NCBI GenBank assembly: GCA_965235115.1
Contig: OZ249442.1
Coordinates: forward strand, 2,666,001 to 2,730,000
Length of the DNA: 64,000 nucleotides
DNA from: Laetmonice hystrix
Lineage: Eukaryota
Direction of reading: 5' to 3'
Below, piece after piece: positions 1 through 12,420 of this stretch. A program made the translations under genes and the position numbers. The first letter of the stretch is position 1. The number at the start of each line of letters is the position of its first letter. Under the pieces are notes generated by a model, which did not search any database, was not told where the DNA came from, and saw only the letters and a program-made list of their open reading frames with translations.

Positions 1-172
1 GAACCACTTCATTGTTGTGGAGAATTGTTAAGATAGGATAATGGTTACTTCTTCATTGAACCACTTTAATGAGATGGAGAATTGTTAAGATAGGATAATG
101 GTTACTTCTTCATGGAACCACTTCAGTGAGATGGAGAATTGTTAAGATAGGATAATGGTTACTTCTTCATGG
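1..172. repeat. 57-bp tandem repeat x3 (truncated by the window edge)
   Basis: Unit gaaccacttcagtgagatggagaattgttaagataggataatggttacttcttcatg. Confidence 0.9.
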
Positions 173-447
173 GACCAATTTCTGTATCTGCGAGAACATT
201 GAGATACTAGAAGAGTCTACAGATTCGAACCTTACATGTAAACAAATAACCTATTCCCAAGTTGACTGAGCCACGCAGGTAGGTCGGACGTACAGTCGTA
301 GAGGCGCCACTGGTGAGGAAACGATGTGATATCCGACTCCCAGCCCCGCCCCGCCCATTTATTCACAGTCGACTGAACGTCATTACTTGATCCTACTTCA
401 CTTGTAACTGTCGTCAGATGTGTGAAATTAAATCAAAGCCATCTTAC

Positions 448-557
448 CTCGACAAAGACAACAAGGAGAGAGCCAAGGCATACGAGGGTAGCATTGATGG
501 TCACCCAGATGAGAAGAGGCACTGCTACCAGAACTCCAGTGTGAAAGTAATCCATTA
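448..557 (-). CDS. CLCN7: CLCN7-like coding exon (110 bp): (L)MDYFHTGVLVAVPLLIWVTINATLVCLGSLLVVFVE
   Basis: Acceptor gagaag|TA and donor GAG|gtaaga. Starts in phase 1, matching the previous exon. Hydrophobic helix resembles human ClC-7 '[24 protein letters not shown]', which precedes PVAAGSG. The 110-bp length matches my recollection of human exon 6. Confidence 0.88.
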
Positions 558-1186
558 CTTCTCAACTGTCAAGGTTCACCACAATCATTTCACACTCCAT
601 ACTTGAAAGGGATTTCATATTTCACTCTTATTAACATGTTAGAGTGGAATAAGTTTTTGTATGACGGTTTGCTTATCAATTATATGAGTTCATAATGAAT
701 AGGCCACTTATCTGGTCTCTGTCATCTCAAGTTCAATCAATGATGTATTATAGGAAAAGGAATGCAGAGATTTCATTAGGTTTCGACCCTTCCTTCACCA
801 CAAAAATGGAATCTAATTGGCATCTAATTGACGGCCCATCCCTAGACTGTGATGTGATAATTATAACTGCTGATTAACTTCATTCTCCAGAGTTACTCTA
901 ACCCTCAGATCTACTTTAACTAGAAATGATTCCTAATTAAAACATTTGTCTCGCGAGATTTTATCGGTCGACCAATCAAATGACAACAACCATACAACTT
1001 CTCATTCTTTTCAAATTCTCTTGAGTTTGTCTCTTCTTCTGTATCTAACTCTTCTTTCTGTGATTATATATACTTGTTATGTCTTGGCTATGCCTCATAT
1101 AAAACCGGATGATTGTGACAAAACGATTATGATAATTACACCCCGGTAAGACGAATGTCCAAAGTAACCATGATTGGAAAAGATAC

Positions 1187-1319
1187 GTTTTTTGAGCGCC
1201 ATGAACTTGTATTCCGCCACGTATTCTATGCTGATTTCTATGACGGATGCGACCAGCGCCGTGCCGACACCTATCAATAGATTTACCAACCAGCGGGCGA
1301 TCCACTTCCTCTGGATTTT
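1187..1319 (-). CDS. CLCN7: CLCN7-like coding exon (133 bp): KIQRKWIARWLVNLLIGVGTALVASVIEISIEYVAEYKFMALKK
   Basis: Acceptor atatttcag|AAA and donor AAAC|gtatct. Resembles ClC-7 helix B '[31 protein letters not shown]'. The 133-bp length matches my recollection of human exon 5. Confidence 0.92.
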
Positions 1320-1515
1320 CTGAAATATATTTAAATATTTTAATATTTATTAACAGATTCAACAGACACATAATAAATCGAGGACTAATCCGGACTAACT
1401 GTCCGCCTAATTTTTCGAATTTTACCAACATGCTGGCGAATCTTACAATAGGTTCATTAAACTCCTTTTTCTGAATTATACCAATTAGATCTAGGCAGAA
1501 CGGATACCAGAATAC

Positions 1516-1753
1516 TGTTACAACCATTCCGGTGATTATTGTTACAACCATTCCGGTGATTATTGTTACAACCATTCCGGTGATTATTGTTACACCCATT
1601 CCGGTGATTATTGTTACAACCATTCCGGTGATTATTGTTACAACCATTCCGGTGATTATTATTACAACCATTCCGGTGAATATTGTTACAACCATTCCGG
1701 TGATTATTGTTACACCATTCCGGTGATTATTGTTACAACCATTCCGGTGAATA
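1516..1753. repeat. 24-bp minisatellite, about 10 copies, intronic in CLCN7
   Basis: Unit tgttacaaccattccggtgattat. Confidence 0.95.
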
Positions 1754-2227
1754 TCTTAAGTCAGCCTACAGTGAGTTGTGTTTGTTGCGACTCCCAACAC
1801 TATGTTTTTTGCCATTACAAAATTATGTGATTACTTGCTAGGTGTTCTGATAGATACAAAGGTAGCGATCAAGCCTTAGTATCCACTAAACAAAACACGA
1901 TATTCAAGACAGGTCAATATTATAATCAAGACATTATTTATTATGTCCTCAACAGATCAGGACCAACCGCTACATGCCCCTGAGTAATTTGTTTTCCGGC
2001 TTCATTTTTGGGAGGAGAATATTTTCTGCAATCGTGTTGTCTATAGTCCGATACAAAATTATATTTCTAATGTTAAAATGCAAGCATTAATAGTCTAAGC
2101 ATTTATGGTATCGTGATCTAATCGAAATCAAAATGAGGCGCAGAATAGTCGGTCGGCCAACTACTATCATAGATTCCGGAAGGACAGATTTAACCTCCTA
2201 CCGCGACCTGACGTGACGTCACATTTT

Positions 2228-2237
2228 GTCACGTGAC
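2228..2237. promoter_or_regulatory. Perfect CLEAR/M-box palindrome GTCACGTGAC in a CLCN7 intron
   Basis: Exact motif, with a perfect CRE (TGACGTCA) at 2214-2221. Function is unproven. Confidence 0.3.
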
Positions 2238-3149
2238 ACGTAGGATATGTGTAGTAGTAACTTGATAGAACTAAAATATCCAACCCTGACTCGTCATCTC
2301 CCAACAAAGGAGATATAAATCACTAGGTTGTAAGCAATGGATGAGATGAGGCGTTAAAACCAATGTGAGCATTGTAATTAGTGTGTAAGTAAGAGGAGGA
2401 GGGGGATAAAGCAGGCTGAGAGAAGGAAGAAACAGTATAGTAGTGTTACTGAGCAGGAAAGCAAAGTGTATACGACTATATCACAACCTGTAGAGTGGTC
2501 TGAAAGAGAGTAGACCATACAATGTTAGACTATCAAATGTCTATAACTACATGAAGTCCAATCTGTAGATCTATCAAGTTATTCACGTCGTAATGATTAA
2601 ACTTTCCGGGTTAATTTACCGACTACACTACCAGTCCTATACTAACCGTCTAAACTACCAGGTTCATCAAGCAATTAAACCACAGCCGACTAATTAAACT
2701 TAGAGCCTACTCAACCGTAATTATCAATGCCATAGAGCGATGAGAAACGCCGGCCCTCGTCTTCTTCGGTTTTCATTTAACATTCTTTTGGCCTTTTTTC
2801 CCATATATTCTCCAATCCTACATATTATTCCGAGGCATATTTTAAGTATAAATATGCCCCTTTAATACATCAAATTACTTGGATGGTTATCAAGATTTTT
2901 TATAAACCACGTGTTACATGAAAACACTACTGTCTTCTCTATCCATGCAGGTATACAGGAGTCATTTAATACCTGCCGTATTAAACCATGGCATTTCCAT
3001 CCAAATTCTTACAAAGTTATGACAACCTATTCAAGAGTAAGCCTATATTAAGAAATCTCTACAAGAAGAATTTTAAAACTAAAATCTCTCAATGACACGG
3101 ACAGGAATAATCGATGGGGAATCATGATTGGCCCAATGAATGCACTTAC

Positions 3150-3215
3150 CACAGATTTGAGCGTTTCTTGTTCCTTCAAGAAGAGCGAGTTCTCACATTG
3201 ATCGTAGTCCTGGCT
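3150..3215 (-). CDS. CLCN7: CLCN7-like coding exon (66 bp): SQDYDQCENSLFLKEQETLKSV
   Basis: Acceptor ggtttcag|AGC and donor GTG|gtaagt, phase 0-0. Resembles ClC-7 '[22 protein letters not shown]', a 66-bp exon in human as I recall it. Confidence 0.92.
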
Positions 3216-3712
3216 CTGAAACCAGATGACAGGATCATGGACTACAAACATGGGACTAATTGTCGGGACGATGCCCTTCAATACAATCTAATTATTTACC
3301 TGCCGATAGAATTAATAAAAGACTTTTTTCTTTCTACCTCGACATGTTCTTTTATTGCTCCACAACACAGTTTATAATCACAATAGAACAGATGTTTATA
3401 ATATCTCCCAGGGTACTGCGTTACCAGCTGTCGTGATCCACTCAACACGAACAGTGGGAATTATTGAAAGTTGAAAAAAAAAGCGTTATTAGAAAACCTT
3501 TGCGGTTTCTTTTTTTCTTCTCAAATACCGCAGCTACCCTGGCAATGATTAGCAAAACCGCTCCAGGCCAGTACATAAGTTTGCGTTCAGTCAATTCCCA
3601 TCCGTGTTGACACTGCACATTTCATCTAGCCATCGATCTCTTACGATAACATCCTTTAACCCCACACCTACCCATACCCTAACAAATGTTTACCTTTTAC
3701 TCAGATTCTTAC

Positions 3713-3829
3713 TTCGTATTTTGATATCAGCCTTTTCTGGAAGCCCGATTTCTTTTGGCCCTCCTCTGTCTCCGAGTCCCGAGACCGGGCCCGTTTACCA
3801 TTGCTGTCCTGCCTATATGTGCGGTACGA
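3713..3829 (-). CDS. CLCN7: CLCN7-like N-terminal coding exon (117 bp): SYRTYRQDSNGKRARSRDSETEEGQKKSGFQKRLISKYE
   Basis: Strong acceptor ccttttcttgcag|TCG and donor GAA|gtaaga. 39 open codons ending RLISKYE, which joins SQDYD (human equivalent KLLSLKYE|SLDYD). Confidence 0.85.
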
Positions 3830-4934
3830 CTGCAAGAAAAGGTTCTCTCAAACTGCTGTCCGTATGTTAGTGTACAATATTATGACCTATTATGTTGTGC
3901 ACCACTGAGCAGACCTATGTGAAACACAAATAAATCATGTCAAAAACTGATGATGCGCTGACCATATGTTTTAAGTGAATCTATTATAGCCATTGGGGTC
4001 AAGTTGTTTGATAACAAAATCAGTTTTTAATTTAATAACACAATGAAACTTCAGTTTCTAATACAGGCTGAAAAAGTAAACTATATTTGTCTGATAACGT
4101 TTCCATCTATACACGAGACATTTATCACATAATGATTGTGCCAGGAACGTATCATACAGAGTATAAAAACAAATATTTATATACAGTCGCCACCAACAAA
4201 CACACTAGTCACAGAGAAGCGACGGAGAATATTGGTCAAATATATTAACAATGGAAATGTTATTATGTTAAGGGGTTTGAACTGCATGCCAAGTTAACCT
4301 GGAATTCGACTGACGAGTCTATAAGTGTTCAAAACGTCTCTCCTTCAACACGACAACTCCTGACATGACACAACATATACCCAGCTCGCATAGAACGTTA
4401 AATAAACGTGTTAGAAACCTTACAATGGTTGAATAAAACGTTTTTAAACCGTTTTATGTGAGCGACGATCGAGACCACCGAACGAGTGCACACTCCGTAC
4501 ACCATCGACTTGCCAGGGTTGGGGCCACTGACCATTCAGACGCTAACTATGCAAACACCTTTCCCCAGGACAGAAAGAAATGCCGTCTTGTCCGGGGGAA
4601 AGGTAATGTAATAAGGTATGTTTGTAGGCGGTAAAAACACGATGTAGTGAGGAAGGCCCCGGCAGGGTGACTGACTGGAGGACGACCGATGGTAGAGAGA
4701 CTATCTGTCTGCCTGCAGGCACTGGGCAGACGGCCATCCTCATATTGTGACTCGGACCCTGTCTACCCGCCTGCCTTGGAACCTTGTGATTCTGTACACA
4801 ACGATGTCTTATATTATACACGCAAGGCTTCATCGATTGCCCCATAAACACCAACACCAATATGGTGGAAACTATGCTTGTGTCCTAAAACAACTAGTTT
4901 CTACCGAAAGGAAAACTTGGACATTCCTTCTTAC

Positions 4935-4994
4935 CACAGCCTTGTATGATGTGTGAAACGATACGGAATTCGTATATTGTGACGTGGTATGCAT
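4935..4994 (-). CDS. Candidate first coding exon of the CLCN7-like gene: MHTTSQYTNSVSFHTSYKAV
   Basis: ATG at 4994 followed by 20 open codons and a strong phase-0 donor GTG|gtaaga. No homology support. Confidence 0.3.
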
Positions 4995-6620
4995 GGAGGT
5001 TTGTATAATAACGGTGAGGTCATATAATAAAATATCCAGAGAAAGAGTAAATAAAGAACGATCTTTCACATGCTGACTATAATCAACGTAGATTTTCCAC
5101 TCTGAACGTTTAATATATAATTGTGTTTCTTTGAGGCCGAGTTCTCAGGCAAGAAAATATCTTTAAACTTACAACAGCTAGTTTTCTACCTCTACGTTCT
5201 ACTTATGATGACGTCTAGGGATTAGGTCAAGGTGAAATCGTTACTTGGTTAATGACCTCGACATGACCTCAGCGGTCACTTTACCTTAACTATTTATTTA
5301 CAATGTAATAGAAATAAAAAGTTTTTGCAGTAATTAACCGCGTTGACAAATTCTTTCAAATAATCATGTGTTTCAAGAATGTCTAGCATTTTAGTTTTGG
5401 GCGAAAATTCACAGATCAAGTCTGGAAATGAGAGTATCAGGCAATCCAAGTGGGAAACAAACACAAATGAACAAAATATCTTTAAAGTGGAACGATGCCA
5501 TAAATTATATTATATTGAAACTGGTATTGAACAAAAAAAAACATGCTTGTAATCCGATCAATCTGCACCCTCTACTGGGGCCCAGAGGGACAATCTGTAT
5601 GTACATCCACACGCAAGACGAGTTACAAAATTTACACAAGACATACGTCTATTCAACCAAACACTAATTGGCGTTATAATCCTTACAATAAGTTGTGTTA
5701 GCCACCACCACAAACATGCCAACAGAACAAAAAATATAGTAGCGAACCCAACCTTAACATCTTGCCAATCACTCTGTTTGGGAATGGAAGTAATGAAATC
5801 AAATTATATTACATGAAAAAATAGTCCACATTCTTTATTGAATACCGCATCATAGTGATTACAGCAGCTATAACAAATAATGATTAAAAAAAAAACATAA
5901 AATAATATTTTTTAACAGAAGCCTGTTAACCGGCATACGAATGACTAATGAAGATTCACCTATTCATTTGCCGAGTTTGTTCATTCAAGTTCACAGCCAC
6001 TGCTTCAAAAATAAACACTCGCATGGATGTCAACGCTTTTACCAGAAGCAAGGAAACAAAATTAATCAAAACCATTATAATTTGAAACCAGACAAAACGT
6101 TTATTGACCATATTAACAGAAATTGTCCGCCGGTACTTTTACTTACCCATAGATTAATTAAAGTTGGTATCAGTAAAAAGCAACAAAAGTCCGAAATGCT
6201 GTGGTCTTTTTTCAACCAACCAGGTGAAAACTCTGAATTGGGCAAGGTATTTCGGTCAGTCGGGTATGAAAGTATTTTAGCTGATTCAGACAGTTAATAA
6301 ATTCCAAAAAAACGACATAGTGAGTGGACGAGAAATCATTATGATATTGTCAATCCTTGTCATCAACACTCCGACATATTCTTTCTTTTACTTACCAACG
6401 GAAACTATTTAACCAGTTATTTCCCCACATGTTTTCCAGTAACACATGGTTTAAAGAAAAATCCTGATAACCATCCAAGTAATTTGATATAATAAAACGA
6501 GCAAGTTTATACTTCAAATGCGTCTCGGAATAATTATGTAAGATTAAAGAATCGAACTGGAAAAAGCCCAAAAGCTGGATATTGTGACAGAACGTTGAGG
6601 TCTGTGATCAGTAATTAACC

Positions 6621-6865
6621 CACTAGGGGATCCAGGGGGCCCCGGGGCCCTTTTTACTTTTTCCTTTTTTTGGATGAAGATGTTATGACTATATTTGAAT
6701 AATATATAGTATTTGGATAAAATAAAACATTTAGAAGTGTGATAATAGCAATTATTTTGTGTCTTTGTTTAATACAGGCACAATCAAATCATGCCGAGCG
6801 TAGCGAAGCTAAAAAAAAATGGCTAGGCCCCCCGTCTCCTTATCAAAATCCTGGATCCCCCACTG
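6621..6865. mobile_element. Non-autonomous DNA element with CAGTGG..GGATCCAG-type termini
   Basis: The right end 6838-6865 is the exact reverse complement of 39410-39437. The left end is degenerate (cactaggggatccagggggccc). No TSD seen. Confidence 0.6.
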
Positions 6866-7329
6866 TAATATAGAAAGTGTTTCCTTAATTTCCTCTCTAT
6901 TGTAGTATTTTTAATTCTGTAATTTAAGATCGTTACTAGTGAGTAACAGTTAACAAACGTGCTTTTGTTTGACAGTGGCACACGGGACACTCAACCCAGT
7001 GGGGTCTGTTTGTTTTCAAGACAGGCAAACGTCAGCAAAATCATAACACTGAGAATGTCTGTCAGCTTAGACATGATTAACAAACGTCAGGAAAATCATA
7101 ACATTGAGAATGTCTGTCAGCTCAGACATGATGGAGACGCTGACATTACTGGGGTAAACAACACGTGATTATCGGATCCATGTCTGCCTGCTGAGTCTGT
7201 GTGTGCCTAGCTCCTGCCCTCCCATCGATATCACTGATATATTTCGGGCGGGAGGGTCGAAATAGTGAATCTTGGTTTAGATTTGAGTGAGCAAATATCT
7301 TCAAGAGCAAGTATGAGATGTATGTAGAT

Positions 7330-7488
7330 AAATAAATAANNNNNNNNNNNNNNNNNNNNNNNNNNNNNNNNNNNNNNNNNNNNNNNNNNNNNNNNNNNNN
7401 NNNNNNNNNNNNNNNNNNNNNNNNNNNNNNNNNNNNNNNNNNNNNNNNNNNNNNNNNNNNNNNNNNNNNNTAATTGAAATAAAAGAAA

Positions 7489-7519
<31 letters not shown>

Positions 7520-7520
7520 A
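7330..7520. repeat. (AAAT)n microsatellite flanking an N run at 7340-7470
   Basis: Direct inspection. Confidence 0.85.
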
Positions 7521-8133
7521 TATTTCACAATCTCAGACTTTACTTTGATTTTGTAGCTATGTAAATCAAGTAGGTTCCCATGGTTTGTGAACAGTGAAGG
7601 CCCCCAAGAACATGCCAACCTAACAATCGCCCCAAATAATCTGCCCCCAAGACGATCGGAGATTGGTGATTCATCAACTAATCAGACTGCTCTTAAAACT
7701 CACACCATCAAACCATCAATAAAACACATTCCAGATTGATGTAGTCATGTGGTGTTTCTCATCCAATGGTTGAAAGTCCATGTGACTGTCCTCGCAACTC
7801 CTCCGACAAACCACGATCTATGTAATGCGTTATTTATCTGTTTGTTTTGTTCCTTGAATGGCCAACAACATGATTGTTTACAGTGAGGCGGCCGCATGCA
7901 AACAAACGCTCATCAAAAAGAAGTGTAGTCAACACACCATAATGAGAGCCGTGGACACCAGCATACAACATTATCTACAAGAAAAAGAAATGCACATCAG
8001 CTTGTGAACAATCAACGCGAGCCATTGAACATACGACCTGCTCATTATCCACCACCTAGCGGCGGCCTCTCACACCATGACTCTCAGTACTAACACCACC
8101 AGCAGCCTTCTGTGTCACTACCAACTTCTGTCT

Positions 8134-8510
8134 AACTCCTTCAGCTTACCTCAAACGATTACTGCAGACTTCTACAACTCCTTTAGCTTACGTCAAACGA
8201 TTACTGCAGACTTCTACAGCTCCTTCAGCTTACGTCAAACGATTACTGCAGACTTCTACAACTCCTTCAGCTTACGTCAAACGATTACTGCAGACTTCTA
8301 CAGCTCCTTCAGCTTACGTCAAACGATTACTGCAGACTTCTACAACGCCTTCAGCTTACGTCAAACGATTACTGCAGACTTCTACAACTCCTTCAGCTTA
8401 CGTCAAACGATTACTGCAGACTTCTACAACGCCTTCAGCTTACGTCAAACGATTACTGCAGACTTCTACAACTCCTTCAGCTTACGTCAAACGATTACTG
8501 CAGACTACAA
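8134..8510. repeat. 42-bp minisatellite x9
   Basis: Unit actccttcagcttacgtcaaacgattactgcagacttctaca. Confidence 0.95.
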
Positions 8511-9244
8511 CCCTTTCAACTTAGAGACATTCAAGCTATAAGCTTCAATACACTAAAGTGTTAGGGAAATTTAAACACATCCAAAAGTAAAGATCGCCAA
8601 ACTGTTTATATGACGTCCTTTTAAGCAGGAATATCTTTATAATATGGGGAATTCAGGCGACCATGGACATAGTTCTGATGGAAGGATTGATCAGTTTGGT
8701 ATATCGTGCTGCGACCAAAGACACTGGTAGGTATTTGAGTGACAGAGAGCTATTGGCAAATCTAGGATGAGAGGTCTCCATGAACACGTCATGAGCAACG
8801 TATGTTTTATGTCTTTGTGCACGTTCAAAAAACCCAAGCAGAGAACTGAAACCACCACTAGGTGGCGCTGTCACACCTCCTCCTCCACCTCCTCCTTCTC
8901 CTTCTCCAAGGTTAGCCCTAAAAGGTCTGAACATTTTCAATGCCACCGTGAACATCGGTGGACAATGGTAACTATGTACAATATAAGTCAATGGTTTCAA
9001 GGTCATTAATAAAGGCAGGATTTGGTGGACGGGTGATCAGTTCAGTTTGACCTTGGGGTCAGCTGAGCAACATTTGGTGGCATTACTGGGAACACGTGGA
9101 CAGGTTCTAGGAAAGCCAACCTACTCGACACGGTAAAGCCTTCCGCCAATCGTTCACCTGTAACGATCACCGACAATTCATTAATAAGTGAATTAATTTA
9201 AACCGATAGCTTGTAACATTAATTGGTCTGGCTCCATTACGACT

Positions 9245-9383
9245 TTACAATTTAAAGCTCAGTTCATTGTCCAGTTGGTGGCCGATCTGACGATGGACCA
9301 GTGCGTCCACCTCGGATAGTATCTCAGCGAGTTTACCGATGGTTTGCGTTAGGCAGTCGCTGACTGACCACATTAAAATACCA
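9245..9383 (-). CDS. Candidate terminal exon of an unidentified gene: GILMWSVSDCLTQTIGKLAEILSEVDALVHRQIGHQLDNELSFKL*
   Basis: Acceptor tgatttcag|T with a phase-2 start, open to TAA at 9245. Joined to 13469-13654 it gives LLTISAD-GILMWSV, loosely WD40-like. Confidence 0.25.
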
Positions 9384-10420
9384 CTGAAATCAAAGTATGA
9401 TGTCAAATAGAACATGGTACGTATGGCTACATGACTGCAGGATATACAGGATATATACACGTAGTCAGGGTAATCGGGGTAATCGGTATGACAAGTTTTA
9501 ATACATTATCCATGTCTCACAACTGAAAATAAGAGAAGGACGTTTTGAGCACCATTCAGCACGGTTTTACCATTGTCTATATGATTGGTAATCTAACATA
9601 CACCAGTCTCTGTGCTTCTAGCGGCTCTTACAAAAACTGAATGAACAGGTAGGGGAAGTGTCGGCTCAGTTCTTGGTGATTACCCGATCAGGCTCGGGTA
9701 CATCAGCAAACACACATAGAATCAGCCTTCACTGCTGTATATGTAATTTTACAAACTCCTCTTTAGTACTTCTAAACAACATCTTAAATACATCTCTCAT
9801 CTTTAGAAAAACTGAAGGCATGGAAATGACTAGAAGAAGATAAGCACAGTGCAGCAGAGTTTCATTAGATCCAGGCTTCCCTGTAGACGGTGGAACCGGA
9901 AATAAGCCGAGGAGAACTTGCGGTAAAGTGACCGTTTTAAAGAAATACTTCACAACGGTCGACTGTTGGATACAAGTGAGCTAATCCCGGTCACGACTAC
10001 ACCTAATACAGTTATCAGATATCTGATCAAATCAAAATTAAACTTCTAGTTTGTAATGATACTGGTTGTGCATTGTTTCCCTGTTATAATAAGGTCATGT
10101 GCGCAGTGCTACACGAAGCCAGCCCCACTACATATCAATATAAAAATGTTTCTGATTTTAAAAAGGTAAAAATATCCATATCTTACCATGCTGACGTTTG
10201 TGTTGGTAGTTTATAGAAAATGCCCGTTGCTGTTAATTTGGTTAATTTGAGTGCACCTGACACTAATCCGGAGACCACCAGGGTAAACCCAAGGCTTTCC
10301 AAGGTACTATTTCCCATAAACCTAGGCTTTTAACAAAATTAACCACGGTGACAAATGGATATCTAAACATTTTTTAAATCAGAAATACTTGTTCTTTGCA
10401 TTGAAATGCATTATATTGAT

Positions 10421-10513
10421 AACCTTACCCCTAACCCTGCCCCTAACCCTGCCCCTAACCTTGCCGCTGCCCCTAACCTTGCCCTAACCATGCCCCTAAC
10501 CCTGCCCCCTAAC
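10421..10513. repeat. Telomere-like (CCCTAACCCTGC) tract
   Basis: Degenerate 12-mers containing CCCTAA. Confidence 0.75.
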
Positions 10514-11174
10514 TTTACCTCCGTCCCCCATTCTGCGCGAATGTTACCAGGGGGAAGACCTTCCCGCCGGATCTTCCCGTGAGCCTTTACTGGGCCAGCC
10601 AGACGCTGTAACCGATATGTGCACCAGCGTGCCAGCTGCTCTCCACCAGCTCCCCCATCTGTACCAGCTCCCCCATCTGTACCAGCTTCTCCATCTGCTA
10701 GCAGCACTCCATCACTGCACACCTGGCCAATTTCCCTGACACCTGTTCGCCGATCGACAACAACACGTGAGATATAGGATCATAAACCTTTGACTTTTCC
10801 CCCTTGGCGTTAGCAAAGGGCAGGGGTGTGGGGGTTGGGAGGTGGGGTTGGCTCGGAGTTACCCTCGGCCAGGGTAATGTACGTGCAACCCCTAGCTCCC
10901 AGCAGGGCAGGTCGATTAACACCCCCTGGTGGCCGACTGGTGGTGATATCACAAGGGTGTAACCCCCTAGCGTCTCATCACTCACTGGACGCATGGAGTG
11001 AGTGAGAGAGAGACGATTTGAGAGATCAAGTCCTCTGGATGGGGAAGGAGTTAATTCTGTCAACAAGACAGAATTATTAGTCAGGTCATTCCTGTCTTGA
11101 CCTTGGCATGGATTGAGAAATGTGATTCTGGAGAACCCTAGGTATGAGAAGGTTATCATGAAACTAGTTAAACC

Positions 11175-11880
11175 ACTATTACCCTGATAAAAACAAAGTA
11201 TGGATTGTACTGACGCTGCCTATACAACACTATTATATTGATACCAAATATGGGTTATAATGACACACTATTACCCTGATACCAAATATGGGTTATAATG
11301 ACACACTATTACCCTGATACCAAATATGGGTTATAATGACACACTATTACCCTGATACCAATAGGGAGCGTAAGTATGTCACGTCACAATGCGTGAATCG
11401 ACGAGAAATGCGGTTTGGAGGCCTACACTGGCGCCAGTTCCGGTTCCGTTCATTTAGCATTGGGAGGCCCATTGAAAAAACGTTCTAACTGATAACTCCA
11501 CAATTACTGTTCTCTTCGTTACCAAACGTACTATACATCAGAACCAACACCTCTTATGTTAGAAAAATACACTTCATACTTAAGAAATATTGAATTGTCA
11601 AAAGAAAGGACGATGTTTGGAGAGGTGTACGCTCGCCCTATGTAAACCAGTGGGGAATTGTGACGTAACGGAAGTTGCATGTCGCCAGCGGTCTGACCTA
11701 GTTAGACCCAACCTCGTTTTCGGTCGCGAGACTTACGCTCCCTATATGGTAACGACACACTATTACCCTGATACCAAATATGGTTTCTAATGACACACTA
11801 TTATTCTAACATCAAATATGATTTATAATGACATACTCTGATCCGGATATGATTTATAATGATACTAGTAACAACACTAT
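11175..11880. repeat. 38-bp minisatellite split by a MITE
   Basis: Unit gacacactattaccctgataccaaatatgggttataat is present on both sides of 11363-11743. Confidence 0.85.
11363..11743. mobile_element. MITE (381 bp) with AGGGAGCGTAAGT termini and an AT target-site duplication
   Basis: Perfect 13-bp TIR (AGGGAGCGTAAGT / ACTTACGCTCCCT), AT on both flanks. It interrupts a 38-bp tandem array. Confidence 0.85.
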
Positions 11881-11888
11881 CATGATAT

Positions 11889-12282
11889 AGGGCTGGCCAG
11901 TTCTCGTGTCCTAGATAGGCAAACATGCGAGAAAGAGCGAGAATGGGGACAAACAGAGGATAGTCTCGTCAGTTTAGCATTGCTACGCCCATAGGGACCA
12001 GCGACTGTCAACTTCAAAATATCTTTGCTCCCCAATGAGAGCACTTTGAGTCTTGAGCTTTACAAATATGATTAACTAACAAGTTTACTGAATGAAAAGG
12101 TACATTTTACATGTAAGAAGTTAAAATTTTTACACACAGCCTGATTTTAGAAATTGTTGTTACTGAGCCTATGTTAAACCTATGGGCAATTTGTGACGTC
12201 ACATTGTTTGTCCCCAAAGCGCAAGTGGTTTGAGGTTATTTTACGTCATTTGCATATCCAGGACACGAGACTGTCCAGCCCT
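11889..12282. mobile_element. MITE (394 bp) with AGGGCTGG termini and an AT target-site duplication
   Basis: About 35-bp imperfect TIR (AGGGCTGGCCAGTTCTCGTGTCCTAGATAGGCAAA versus the reverse complement of TTTGCATATCCAGGACACGAGACTGTCCAGCCCT), AT on both flanks. Confidence 0.85.
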
Positions 12283-12420
12283 ATAATCTATTCCTTCAGT
12301 GACAGATGACCACGGCGGTTATAGGAATCTAATCCTGGAAAAAAACTTAGTAATTATGTACATAATATATGATGGCAATATAAGGGAGTTAGCGAGTGAA
12401 CTGGGCGCGTGTTTGCTCAC

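Noticed and set aside
1-172. 57-bp repeat as a duplicated CLCN7 GSGIP exon (SG...YLN resemblance)
   Set aside because: The spacing differs from GSGIPQIKCYLN and the frame contains a stop. The next exon lies outside the window.
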